64,000 nucleotides of DNA from Macrostomum lignano. Its lineage: Eukaryota. Of this stretch, positions 24,587 through 37,352 are shown one piece after another. The DNA lies in assembly GCA_002269645.1 (NCBI GenBank), contig NIVC01001522.1, positions 124,001 to 188,000 of the forward strand, written 5' to 3'. The position numbers were made by a program, and so were the translations under genes. The notes under the pieces were generated by a model, which saw only the letters and a program-made list of their open reading frames with translations, ran no database searches and was not told the DNA's origin. How positions within the stretch are numbered: position 1 is the first letter of the stretch; every line of letters begins with the position of its first letter.

Positions 24587-27500
24587 ATGAAACTCGACTC
24601 GAAGAAGATTTGTTTTCTTCTGCTTGCCTGGATTGGGATCTCTGGCGCTTGCGATCCCGGATGGACTGGGAGCGACTGTAAGACCGGTAGGTGAAAATCT
24701 CTTCCTAATGTTGTTAAGAAGCAGAACGGAAACCCGAGCTTTCCGAGAAAAGTAGCCGAAGGATAAGTTTTATATTAGGGGCGCCATCATGGCAGTGGGT
24801 TGCCTAGCAAAGGGGCTCTAGCGCCAAAAGGGCGCCAGATCCAAGGGGCGCTAGCACCACTCCATAGATTACCTTTTTCCCTTTATTTCGTCACCCGTAT
24901 ATGATGCTACACAATTGCAGACGTGAACGAATGCGATTCAAAGCCGTGCGGTCTCTACGGAAACTGCACCAACACGCCGGGGTCGTACAAATGCACTTGT
25001 ATCGACGGTTTCCAAGGCAATGGCCGGGATGATTGCACTGGTGAGCGGGTTTGGTGGTTTATCAGGTGCACGCGGAGACCAAAGCTCCAAGGTCGATGAA
25101 TAGTTCCTGGGCCAAATATTTTCCCCAGAATAAACATCGATGCACGCAGGTCGTGAGATTGTAGCCTCAGATGAGTCGAGATGTTTAGTTGTTTAGAGAA
25201 AGTAAAACTTGCACCTGGTTTCAATTTTCAGACGTAAACGAGTGCCTCAGCGGCGCTGCAAAATGCGACTCCAATGCCGACTGCACCAATCTAATCGGTA
25301 CATATGACTGCGTTTGCAAGTCCGGTTACTATGGAAACCGATCCGTCTGCTATCGTGAGTATCCATTTGTTTAATAGTTCGTAGGTAGCCTTGTTAGATG
25401 AAGACTATCCCAGATCAGATAGAGATTCTAAAATTCACTGCCCGATTTCACAGCGGAGACACTCTTGCCAACGTCTTCGGCCACCAAGATTCCTTATGAC
25501 GACATCGTTAACGCACCGTCGGGCGTTCCCTTTCTGATTGGCGATGTGGAAAGCTCCGTGTTTGGGGTGAGTGTCGTTGGAAAGCTATTGTTATAATGAC
25601 AGCAGCCACGTAAATCATATTTTTTTCAATTGAAAGCCGCTAAAATAGCTCGTACATAGTGGCAGAGCTGCTTTGACGTCTGATGCCTGGGTGTCCACAG
25701 CCCTCTTGAAAGTAACAATGTAAAAACAGCAGTGCTATATCAATCGCAGGTGGGAGGCAACGGATTGATCAGCTTCTCAAACAAGACGCTATTCAGCTAC
25801 GAGTTCAGGAGTCCGCGATCGCTTTACCAGCTGACTTCTCCAGTTGTGGCTCCGTACTGGGTTCGGGAGATGGTTGACGTCCGAGACAGCGACAGGTGGA
25901 CCACACAGGCTTGGTACGAGCTGCTGAATTCCAACAGTCACAGCGCCAGGGCGAACTGGCGAGCCGTCAAGCAGATCATCGAGCAGGAGATTCGATCCGA
26001 GTTCAACCCGCTGACTGTGCTCATCGTGACTTGGCGTATCCGCATCCCGACACTGATGTACAGGATGGAGGTGAACTGCTACTATGGCTGCAGTTACAAG
26101 CAGAGCGACGTCAAGGGCTGGAACAACCTGTGCAAGGACTGGTGCGACCGAGCTCGGGCAAAGGCTGTGAGTTGTTTTGCTCATCTTTTTTGCTGCACAA
26201 AGGTAAATCTAAGTAAGCAACTGAGTGCAAAAAAGTTAAACGAAACCTTAGAAAAGATGACTTTGCACATCTTTTGCCTCCTGTAGTTAATATTATTTAA
26301 ACACCAGTGACTGCAGAAATCTCTAGACGGTCAGCTATTCGGTATAAAACTTTGGTATACGTCGACGCATTGCGTATTAGAGCAACGAAAAGTACTTTTT
26401 GTACTTTAAAATACAAATACTTATGAGTAGATAGCTACACTTAGCTTTACGGATGTAAGCGTCACTTCAGTTGAGCTTAATTTTGAGATTCTTCTATGTA
26501 GCTATATGGCACCCCTCAATAGCTGGCGGCCTCTTTTGAAGTTGACGACCCCCTCCGTAGCTCATAGATTCTCATACAGAGCCACCCCTGACAATTGAGC
26601 ACGCGGCGTTAACAATGACTCATTTCAGAGCATCGAATTCCAAGCCGTCGTAACACGCAACCGCACCCACTCTTACGCCGTATTCAACTACGGCAACTTT
26701 CAACTGCCCGTTCTACGATTTCTCAACATCCCGTACCACATGGGAAATTTGTACGCGGCCGCCGGCTTCACGGACGGTCTGTCAGTCGGTCAAGAGTTGC
26801 CTTTCAGTCGGCGCTACAACTGGCCTGAGCAGCCCAACCTGAGCCCAGGAAGTTCGGGAAGACCCGGACGTCACGTGTTGCAGCTCAGTAGCTGGTACCG
26901 ACAGACCAGCGACTCGTCAAAGTGCAGCAGGTGGATCGCAGCAGCCAGGGCCAAGGTTTCTGTCAGCCCGTCCCCCGGCTGTTCCGACTGTCCCTTTGAT
27001 TTTCGCACAGCAGTCCTTGACAGGCGGTACAGCCCGTACGAGTTTGAGTGCTCCGGTGGCAGCATCCGGATGTGCTTCCGCAACACCACCTACCAGTGCG
27101 CTCAGAGCTTCACAGGCAGCAGTGCGAGCGGTTGTAAGCCGGAAAATTCCTGGAGATGCAAGCTTGAGAACTGCCGTCACCTGGTGTCGACCAGGTGCTG
27201 CTACAGAATGTCATCGGCAGCTGCTGGCAGCGAAATCCGTGAGCTGTGCAATAAAAACTACGGCATTTGGAGCATCAGGAACATCATGCGAAGGATTATG
27301 TTCGATAGGGCTACCGGTGAGCTTAATTTCAACCTGTCCGAACGCTAGGGGAACGCTTAGAAGCGTCAGTTGCGGTTGTTCCAAACCCAAATTGGGATTC
27401 CCAGTCTGATTTTAATATCCTTCATGATCTAGGATTAAAAAATGAAAAAAACGCTCCCTACTCAGGTGGTCACCTCATCAGCTCCAGCTCTGGCGGCGCC

Positions 27501-30015
27501 GGGCACGCCATGTACTTCTTCCGCGACAGTGCCAACGAAACGCGATGGTGGTGGCGCTTCGAGCAGTCGCCGCAGTACCTGAGCGAATCCTATGGCCCGA
27601 AAATCTGCTCAGCGGCCGGCATGATGACCGCATTCTCCCGGGCGCGGCCCGTGTGCACCAGCCGAAGCTACAAGCCGCCTGAAGGAGGTGATTAATTTGT
27701 TTGGGATGCAGCTGTGCTCCGCCTGAGCCAATGAAAGGACTTTAGTGTACGGTAGAAGAAGAAAACAATTTCTCAAATTCCGATTCTTGCTTTCTCTATC
27801 CAGGCTTGATAGGAACCTTTATATCAATCGATATCCCTAACCAAACTCTCAAATCGATAATTTGAACTAACAGAACGCTTGATTAGAGATCCGACTCCTT
27901 TATATAAAACCAATCTTACTCAAAGGTAGAGCACCTCAAAAATTCAGATACGGTGACTTTTCCGCTCACTGAATACCCATTGGTAAGCAATTGGTCTCTA
28001 AACCTCCGATCTCCAGGCTTCAACCGAGGCGACCCCCACCTGAGCACGCTCTCGAACCGCAGCTACACATTCAACGGTCACTGCGAGTACCACCTGCTCA
28101 CCAGCGAACGGTGGCCGAACTCACCGACGCTGCGGCTGCAAGCGCGCACCGCGCCAGTCAGCGGTGGAGCCGCCACGGCCTTCGTCGGCGTCGCGCTGAA
28201 GTCCGGCCTCAACGAGCTGGCCGTGTCGGTGATCCGCAACGAAAGCTCCGACGACCTCGACGTCTTCAGCAGCGACGGACGTCGGATCGGCAGCGTCAGG
28301 GGCGAGCTGGCGGCGCTGAGCAACGCGACCAGACTGGACAGCTACCGACTGGAGGTCCCCGACAACAGCACCATCGACATTGTCGACGAGTCTACCGGCG
28401 TCAGCGTCACCGTTACCATGGAGACGAGCTCGCTCAGAGTCGGCGTTCAACTGGACTTGTCAGGAAAATACCCGAGCGGACTGGACGGGTTGCTAGGCAA
28501 CAGCGACGCGAGCGGATTCAGACTGAGAAACGGCAGCGTCCTGCCAGCTGGCAGCTCCGAGAGGCAGCTGTTTGAGTTCGGGAACAGCTGGAGACTCAAC
28601 AGCTCAGAGCCGAGCTACCTGCACTACCCGGCTGGCAAGGGCCGAGCTGACTTCTGCAATCTCAGCTTCGTGCCGACCTTTGCCGAGGACTTCAAGGACA
28701 ACATGCTAGCGCTGTTCGGCAGGAACGCGAAGCTCAAGAACGCTTCGGAAGAGGTGAGTAGCCAACTCAGTCCATATATCGGGCTGAACAAACACAAGAA
28801 GGAAGTACTGGAGTAAAAAAACACGACGTCTTTTTCTGAATCTGAGGCTCTTAGAATGCCTACAGGAGGCCGAGTTTGCACACTACGAGCGTAAGTGCAA
28901 ATCCAATCGCCTCTTTGACCGGATGACCGGCTGTTTTCTCTTGGCTCGATTGTGTTTGGTACGAGCTATAGCGTCGTCTTTGCATTGTTTAGCAATTTGA
29001 CGATCGCTATTCACATTTTTAATGCAGAACAATCCATTACTACAAGCAATGCATTGTCTGTAGGATCGTCAAACAGAAAAACAATGCAAAGAATCAGCGG
29101 TCGCAGCACGTGACAACGATTTGTCTATGGCTCGCGCCTACCGGCGCTCGCCTGACAATCGTTGTCACGCACTAGGACCGCTGATTATTATTTATCCATT
29201 GTTTGCCACGCGGTGTACGCATAGTTTGAATCTGCCTCTCTGCTGCATCAAGTCACTGAGTTTAATCCTCTCGCCGCCTTCTCCCTGGCAGGTATGCCGC
29301 AGCTCCGGCTCCTCCTACCTCACCTGCATGTTCGACGCCGCTCAGCTTCGCTCGGTCGCAGCCGCTCAAGACGCGGCCGTCGCTATTCGAGACGAGACTC
29401 GAACCCGGGTTGTCCTGGCTAACCGACCTGCTGAGTTTGAGAGCGTCCCGAACCAGCTGCGAGTGAACGGGAACAACAGTGTCGGTGTCACCTTCTCCGT
29501 GACGGATCCCGACGGCGCCTCACCGAATGTCACCGTGCTGGAGGCCGTCGGGGGGACCGCGAAGCTGGAGGCTGGGGCCAGCAACAGCTGGCAGCTCGTG
29601 TGGCAGCCCGTCGACAACTGGCGAGGCGACATCAAACTGCAGCTGGCGGCAGTGGACGGGGTCGGAGCCGTTACGGTGTGGACTCCCAGGATTGTGGTGT
29701 GCGACTGCGCCAGCAGGGGCAGCTGCTGCCCTGACTGCGACATGGCTGACGACACGGGTGAGTAGCTGACTGACTGACTGACTGACTGACTGACTGACTG
29801 ACTGACTGACTGACTGACTGACTGACTGACTGACTGACTGACTGACTGACTGACTGACTGACTGACTGACTGACTGACTGACTGACTGACTGACTGACTG
29901 ACTGACTGACTGACTGACTGACTGACTGACTGACTGACTGACTGACTGACTGACTGACTGACTGACTGACTGACTGACTGACTGACTGACTGACTGACTG
30001 ACTGACTGACTGACT

Positions 30016-30066
<51 letters not shown>

Positions 30067-30103
30067 TGACTGACTGACTGACTGAATGACTGACTAACTG
30101 ACT

Positions 30104-30148
<45 letters not shown>

Positions 30149-31029
30149 TCTGACTGACTGACTGACTGACTGACTGACTGACTGACTGACTGACTGACTG
30201 ACTGACTGACTGACTGACTGACTGACTGACTGACTGACTGACTGACTGACTGACTGACTGACTGACTGACTGACTGACTGACTGACTGACTGACTGACTG
30301 ACTGACTGACTGACTGACTGACTGACTGACTGACTGACTGACTGACTGACTGACTGACTGACTGACTGACTGACTGACTGACTGACTGACTGACTGACTG
30401 ACTGACTGACTGACTGACTGACTGACTGACTGACTGACTGACTGACTGACTGACTGACTGACTGACTGACTGACTGACTGACTGACTGACTGACTGACTG
30501 ACTGACTGACTGACTGACTGACTGACTGACTGACTGACTGACTGACTGACTGACTGACTGACTGACTGACTGACTGACTGACTGACTGACTGACTGACTG
30601 ACTGACTGACTGACTGACTGACTGACTGACTGACTGACTGACTGACTGACTGACTGACTGACTGACTGACTGACTGACTGACAGCAGCCCATCGCCACCA
30701 TCATTTCAGCCTACTATCACAGACAGAAGTGCCAATGTCAGCCAGGCTTCACTGGGCCTCAGTGTGAGCAGCGGATCGCTGAGTGCTCTGCGTGCCAGGA
30801 CACGAAGGGTGAGTTGGGATGATTGTTGACCGGTCAGTAGTGTATATTTTATACTCGTAGTTCATAGTTGCTAAAAGCATAAGCAAATGCTATTCACATT
30901 TCAGAAGAAGACAAAGACGATGAGGAGAATTACTTCAAAGTGGCCAGCTCACAGCACCAAAAGTCAGCTTTGCACGCTGGCTGCATTGCGGCATTGGCAC
31001 CGTTGATTTTGCTGGGCCTCATCAACTGA
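24587..31029 (+). CDS. MUC4/SUSD2/Mesh-like secreted surface protein: signal peptide, 2 Ca-binding EGF, NIDO, AMOP, VWD, EGF-like, hydrophobic C-terminus (~1069 aa)
   Basis: Exons 24587-24686, 24921-25040, 25232-25354, 25454-25566, 25750-26166, 26629-27316, 27466-27687, 28017-28753, 29292-29757, 30710-30808, 30905-31029 sum to 3210 nt. All joins are GT-AG and phase-compatible. Motifs: [21 protein letters not shown]; DVNEC x2; [21 protein letters not shown]...SYAVFNY (NIDO); YKPP (AMOP end); RGDPHLST...[14 protein letters not shown] (VWD); [12 protein letters not shown]; [19 protein letters not shown] at ~31227. Confidence 0.88.
29766..30681. repeat. (ACTG)n microsatellite, ~915 bp, intronic
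   Basis: Directly visible. Confidence 0.98.
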
Positions 31030-33444
31030 AGCAGCTGGAGTGTCTGTAACCACATCCTGTAATATGCCCTTCAACTTTGCGCCAGTGACGCAACGCAACT
31101 TGATTGCAATTGTCCAGACACATTTATGCAGCTTTTTTCACTTGATACTAGTGAATGATAACGTCATAAGAAACAGGATACTTCCCTAATTTAATAATGC
31201 CTAAGGAATATATTGCTTTGTTATTCAATAAAATTTTCTACTTTATTCAATAATACATTTGGATTCCTACTCTAACACTGACAGCCGCAAGATAGAAAGT
31301 TATTGTTCAACTTGTTCAATTTGTTTTAATTCTGAATGATAAAAATCCGCGATTGCAAATCCACCTCTGCAATCTACACCTAGCGGCCCCTCAATTAAAT
31401 CCGCCATTGCATCACCACTCCTAACTTCAGAGGAACTGAACTTCTCAGCCCTTTTCAGGATCATCAATAATCATACGGGAGCGCAACGGATGCAATCTCT
31501 GTTTTAAAAGCACTAAAACAAAAACTGTTGCTTATTTTGTCCATCTAAACGGCCCTTTAAGGACCACAAATAAACACTAATAAAATAATAATTCTAATTA
31601 AACAACAACAGATGGACCTTTGATCAGTCTGTACAAAATGGGATGACTTGATTGAGATTGAGGAGAAATCTAGACAGCACATTGTATGACTCGTCTTGGA
31701 GGTCTTTAACGAGAAGTCTCTAACTGCGCTCAGAGTCAATGGTCATTCGGGAACTGCTGAATTTTTCGAGTATTCCCTAAATTCAGGGAAGAATTGTTAA
31801 TGTCGCCAACATCTTATATTCGATAAAACGAGACGTGCCGAGCTCCAATCACCACAGCTAATTCAGCCAACTTTGAGTATTTGCTGTACTTTGCAGCTAT
31901 AATCGACCGCATACATGGTGGGCGAGGCGCTATGGTCGTTCACGATCGCTAACCCACAGCTAGAGACTCGTAAAGCAGTCTTACAGACTGCCCGTGGACT
32001 ACGAAGTACTCGTAGTTCACATGAGCAGGCATTTTAACTGATTTTGGTTCTTTATATGTCCTGCTGGTAAGTCAACAGATGCCCCTATAGAACAACTAGG
32101 TCGGCAAACGTTTTTTTACCTTGATCGGGGCAGATGAAGAAAGAATCTATTAGGGCATGGCTACGCTCGCCTACACAGAATTCAGATGTACAAAATCCTG
32201 CAGACGGGTCTACGACGTTTTCCAGCCGGACGTTTGCCAGGCCGGACGTTTGCAGTCGGCAATTGGTTAAAGAATTATGCCATCTCGATCTAGGCTTACA
32301 TGTCCTTGCATCTGAAAACTGAGGACGTAGCACCAATTTAATTCGGCCACCTCGCTCCCTTCAATGAAGGAATTTCAAAAAGGCTAGCGAACATTTTTTT
32401 AAGGGCCAGTCACATAAATGACAAGCTCTGTCTTTTACGTGGCGCCCTGACTGAATTTAATATAAGAGTCAAATAAACTAATGGTAAGTGTATTTATCTG
32501 CGTTGGATCAATAAATCTAGTCTATCTTGAGTAATTTGCCCGTGGGGCGTAAAATAACCAATTGTTCTCAACTCTAAGCAAGCCCTGAGATCCCAGCGTT
32601 CCGTAATAACTTACGGTGGTGGCAGCACTACGCTACTATTAGTAAGCATCAACGAATTCCGACGTACCTTGAGTTTACGAACGACCGTGCCTGTTCGACT
32701 ACGATTACGACTACCCTCCCCCCCGGAAATGAGGACGGAGTATTCAGGAGAAAAATCGTTAAGATTCGACTGCGCGATTCTCCGGCTTAGTTCGTGCGAA
32801 CTCGACGCCAGCGGCAATTCAAACTCTCTCAGTGTAATGAAATGAATGAATTGCCGAGAAGCGTCATTTTAATTTTCTGTCGAGAGTGCCAAATCAGAGC
32901 GCCAACTTTTACGAGTGAACATTGATAATTTATTATATATTAATTTGGTCATTAAAAAAAGCTACATTATAAAACTATTGTGCAAAATAACATAAATACA
33001 TACTGTGGAAAGTACAGTAAAAGATATAAATACAATACAAATACTATAATACAAATACAGCAGACATAAAGTAAATAGCTACGAAATCATTTACTTTTAA
33101 ATTACATATACTCATATTCAGATTCAGATATATTACATCAGCCGCCTAACGACCGTGCAAGCAAGATTTTCTTTCTCCACCCCACCTCATTATCACTACT
33201 AGCACGATATATTATCGATTGATTTGTGCATTGCGCCGGGGTTGTCTGGTTTAGTAGCACGTAGTAGCACGTAGTAGCACTAGCTGCAGTTTTGATGCCC
33301 GGCTGGTACACGGCCCAGTAACGATGCAGCTTGGCCTCTTTCGTTCGATGGACAAGCCTCTGATAGCGGCTGAGTCGCTCCTGAGACACCAGCTTGGCCT
33401 GGAGATTGGCTAACCATTGCTTCGTCGTAAAGTAGGGTTGCAAG

Positions 33445-34977
33445 CACAGAATACACCTGAATGCTCAATCAAGCTCCCTGCGAAACATTTTTGAGGCTAA
33501 AACTATTCGCTAGCTACGCTACTTCTAAGGTGAAGTGATTTGTGAGCAGTGCTGGCTTTTTTCATCAAGGATAGAAAGATTCCCATACATGTACTCGTAG
33601 ATCCATGCAGCCAGTACCCCTTCTCCCAAATAGCAAGTACCCCCCCCTCAAGAGAGAAATCTTAGTAAAAATTGTCAAAATCTATTTCAAAAAATGTCTT
33701 AGTCAAAATCGATTGTTTACTGTTCAATATTGATTCGGAGTTGTCAAAAATGAAGCGGACTTTTTGGGTACACAAACCATAGAGTGTCAGTTTTGAAGCA
33801 ACTCTGTCAAAATAGAATCAGACTTTACAGCCCAACCAGTCAGGCTATTTTAGTCTGTGTGTGTAAAGGATAGAGAAAAATAAATTCCATCAATACTTGT
33901 AGATCCAAAAAGCAAAGTCAGAATAAGCTGATTTTGCACAGCTCACTTCAGCCCCGTTCAGGCTTTCATTGGATTACTTTGTTACCGAATTCTCCCAGGA
34001 GAAGTTGACTAAACGTGCATTGTAAAAATTGAATCAGAGTTTGTCAAAAATGAAGCTTGATCTGTCAATATTGATTGTAGATTTTGAGTGCCCGACCATA
34101 GAGTGTCAATATTGAAGAGGATTTTGTCAGTTTCGAAGTTCTCCTTGTTCAAAATCGAGGATAAAATGGTGTAGTTGCCTGCGTTCCTTAGATTTATACC
34201 CCTTTTGGCCGCTCCAAATAAATTGATGGTCCAAGATGCGAAGAATGGGCGCGCCGACTCTACAGAGCCAACCTGCTTGGCGAAGCCAACGAGCACAAGT
34301 GGGCATGTGCCGTCGTGTGCAGCCTCCACTTCACTGACGAAATGTACAGCTGCCCAAGACTTCGCCAAGAGCCGGGCACGCAACTACTGACTACGGCGTT
34401 TCCTGCTAGAAATCTGTACAAAGCGATTCCACCAGTCCTGCAACGAAAATCTCCGACTGTCCGAGGTGAACTTTTAGACATGTCTCCGAGAAAGGACGCT
34501 CCGCCGATTACTGTGCCCTTACCCAAGCCTACCGGTCGAAGAGTTGCGACCATACAGCAGCTAAGGCAGAAACTCAAGGCTGAGAGAAACTCTTCAGCAC
34601 GACTGAGATGCCAAAATGATACTCTAAAACGGCGATGCGCCACTTCAAGTTTGACTGCTACCAGGCTTAGAAATCTGGCCCAGCACAACTGCGTCTGTGC
34701 TCAGATCGCAAGCATGAGTGAAACGGCTTACGGCTTCCATCAAGAATGACGATTAGACAAAAAATCTAATTAGACGAAAGCTCTCGCTACAGCTGCAAAT
34801 ATACAATCGGGACCTTCTGTCCATAAAAATGTTCCCCCTCGAATGGACGTACAAAAAGGTGACTACTTCTCAAAATTCAGTACTACTTATCTCTTCTTCA
34901 CCTCAGGAGTAGTGTCTATGGTTTTATATTTCGGCTTTCGATTTGGAAGCTGATTGAGCATTCTGGTATATTCTGTG
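33445..34977 (+). mobile_element. Non-autonomous P-superfamily-like DNA transposon with THAP-domain relic
   Basis: 26-bp TIRs CACAGAATACACCTGAATGCTCAATC (33445-70) and its inverse (34952-77), 24/26 identical. 8-bp TSD GTTGCAAG at 33437-44 and 34978-85. Internal frame reads RCEEWARRLYRANLL...VVCSLHFTDEMY...LLTTAFP plus a coiled coil (~34200-34749). Confidence 0.8.
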
Positions 34978-37311
34978 GTTGCAAGTTTGTAAAAGCCAAG
35001 GTTGCCACCCCGTGCCCTTTAGTTGAGACGTTTGTGGTAGCCTTCAGTCTCATTCTTCGTTCTGATGGTATGGTGGAAAACACTAATTTCGTCCAATTGC
35101 CAGACAGTGCTGCTGAGCCATGTGTTGGAAACTTACTCACACAACGCACGCAGGTGTTCGTTTTGGATTGTCTGCTTCAGCTCCATGAATGCAGCTTGCA
35201 CGCAATGGCCTGGCAGAAAAGGCAGTGCCATTAATTTGCGACAAAATTACCAAACAGCCTCGTCGTCAGTGTAGTCAGGTTGTAAGCCAACTGATTGAAT
35301 ATGCCTCCAAATTGCCTGCGAATAGTGAAAGCTGCAGCCATGACGCTTCACATTAGGAAATAGACTTCGCAGCCCTCCACAATACGGCTTCAAAGTCGAA
35401 TACGATGCTCTTCGGTTTGCATTCAGGCAGCAGATCTTTGACAGCTCGCAACGTACGCCTGTAGTCTCGTTTGCTCTTTCCAGACATGAGAATGTAGGCT
35501 AGTGGTATCTGCTTTACAGACTCATTCTGCCGAACGTAACCATGAAAGATATACAGCTGTAGAAATGGTTCCTTGACGACGAAAAGGTTCAATCGCCGAA
35601 CCACTCCTTGCAACGTCCCAGCAGCTGTAATTGACGCTGGCTAGCAAATATAAAGTGGCGTCTGCCACTCTCTTCAATGCAGACCTCAATTTGCAGGAAG
35701 CCATCTGGAAGTGCGTCTTCTTGAAGTTGAAATTCTAGATCTCGTGGCTCATCGGGACGCTGTGCAGCTCGGGCTCGATTTGCTGCTTTTGCCAACAGTT
35801 TCACTGTCGGCAGCTGAGGCAGACCTCTTAAGCTGCCTTCGTTTTGCAGAAGAACTTGTTCTGCGATTTCAGCAGCAGGTCTGAAGAGCTCCTCCTGAGC
35901 TTGATCGCATACTTCTCGAGCAACCAGTCAGCTTATCGCGCCGGTTGCCCGACCATGCTGGGTGACAAGTATGCTCGTTCTTGCCACTAATGCATACGCC
36001 ATTTGACTAAAGAGCTGAGGCAGTACATTTAGTGTGCGCATTTCTGACTGTGCACCTCCAATATGTTCTGGCTTCACGGCTGAACTGTCGGCTGTAACTA
36101 AAGCCATCGGAGCGTATCAGGATGTATTTCTCCTTCTCAGAAGCTCTGGGAATGACTACAGTCTACAGTCTACAGTAAACACTGTAGACTGGACCTGCTG
36201 AGGAAAAAATTGTGGGATTGGAGCATCCTCATCCATGGAGCTCTCCATCGGCTCATCATCCTGTTGTTGGTCTAAGGCAATCTGTTGCTGCTGCAGGGCC
36301 GCGCCGGGCAGTTGAGGAGGGGGAATTGGTCGACCTCTTCTACGCAGAGACGGCAGTTGCCCCCGACCTCAATGCCGGTGCGATTGCGGTAGTAGATCGA
36401 TGCAGGACAGTGCCCGGCGCGGACCTGCGAGACTAGGACCTGTTGCCTGTGAGGGCCCTCATGCGTTGTAATCTTTTGGCCATATACCTCGAGCAGGTGG
36501 CCTGTCATGTTGGGCGAATAGTTAACAACCCGTCGGATGCGGGCCCTAGCCGAATCCAGGGTGGTGCCGACATGCTCCTGAGGCAGCGTGGCCGCTAGTT
36601 TGGCCTCGGCATCCACCAGTTCATTTCAGGGGATTCCGGCGTGCCCGGGCACCCACTGCAGGATGATCTTGGAAAGACGGGCGGCGGTGATATGGCGTTC
36701 CTTAACGCTCTCGACGAGCGGGTTGATGGTTGGCCGATCAGCTTGCAGGACCGCGATAGCGCTCTGGCTGTCGGTGAGAATGGCAGCCTCTTTCGGGGCG
36801 CTGGCAATGATGTCGCTTAGAGCATGGAAGATGGCGATAAGTTCGGCCTCAAAGGAGCTGCACCAGCGGCCCGTGGCCACGCACCCGCGCCGGCTGATGG
36901 AGCCGTCCTGGCTCAGGAGAATCCAGGCCGCACCTCCGTTTTCAACGCCACCCGAGACGGATCCGTCGGTGAAGTAAGTAGCGGCGTTCGGGCAGCGCGC
37001 GGTCGCGGTGGCTTGGACCGCCTGGGCGGCGTCGGTTTCAATGGGCTCGAACAGCAGCTTGGTGAACATGCGCACTCCGGCGTCGGCCAACGAATTTCAG
37101 GGTGGGAGCCGGATGTGGCTGTTGGCTAGGCGGTGTCCACCAAGGAGCTCATCGGTGATGCGTCACCGATTGCCGGAAGGGGTCGCCGGGAGGTCTGCGG
37201 AGCGCCTTCTCAACCGCAAGCAGCGATCTTCGGCGGGCTTCGAGGCTGATAGGAAGGATTCCCGACTCAAATTAGATGGCCTCTACCGGTGTCGAGCGGG
37301 GGAGACCAGTG

Positions 37312-37352
37312 CAAGGACTTCTAGACTAACCAGTCTAGTCTAGAAGTCCTTG
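37312..37352. mobile_element. 41-bp micro-transposon or hairpin insertion with 17-bp TIRs and 8-bp TSD
   Basis: CAAGGACTTCTAGACTA-ACCAGTC-TAGTCTAGAAGTCCTTG flanked by GACCAGTG at 37304-11 and 37353-60. Confidence 0.8.

Noticed and set aside
30039-30704. SQSV-repeat ORF
   Set aside because: Translation of the (ACTG)n intronic microsatellite.
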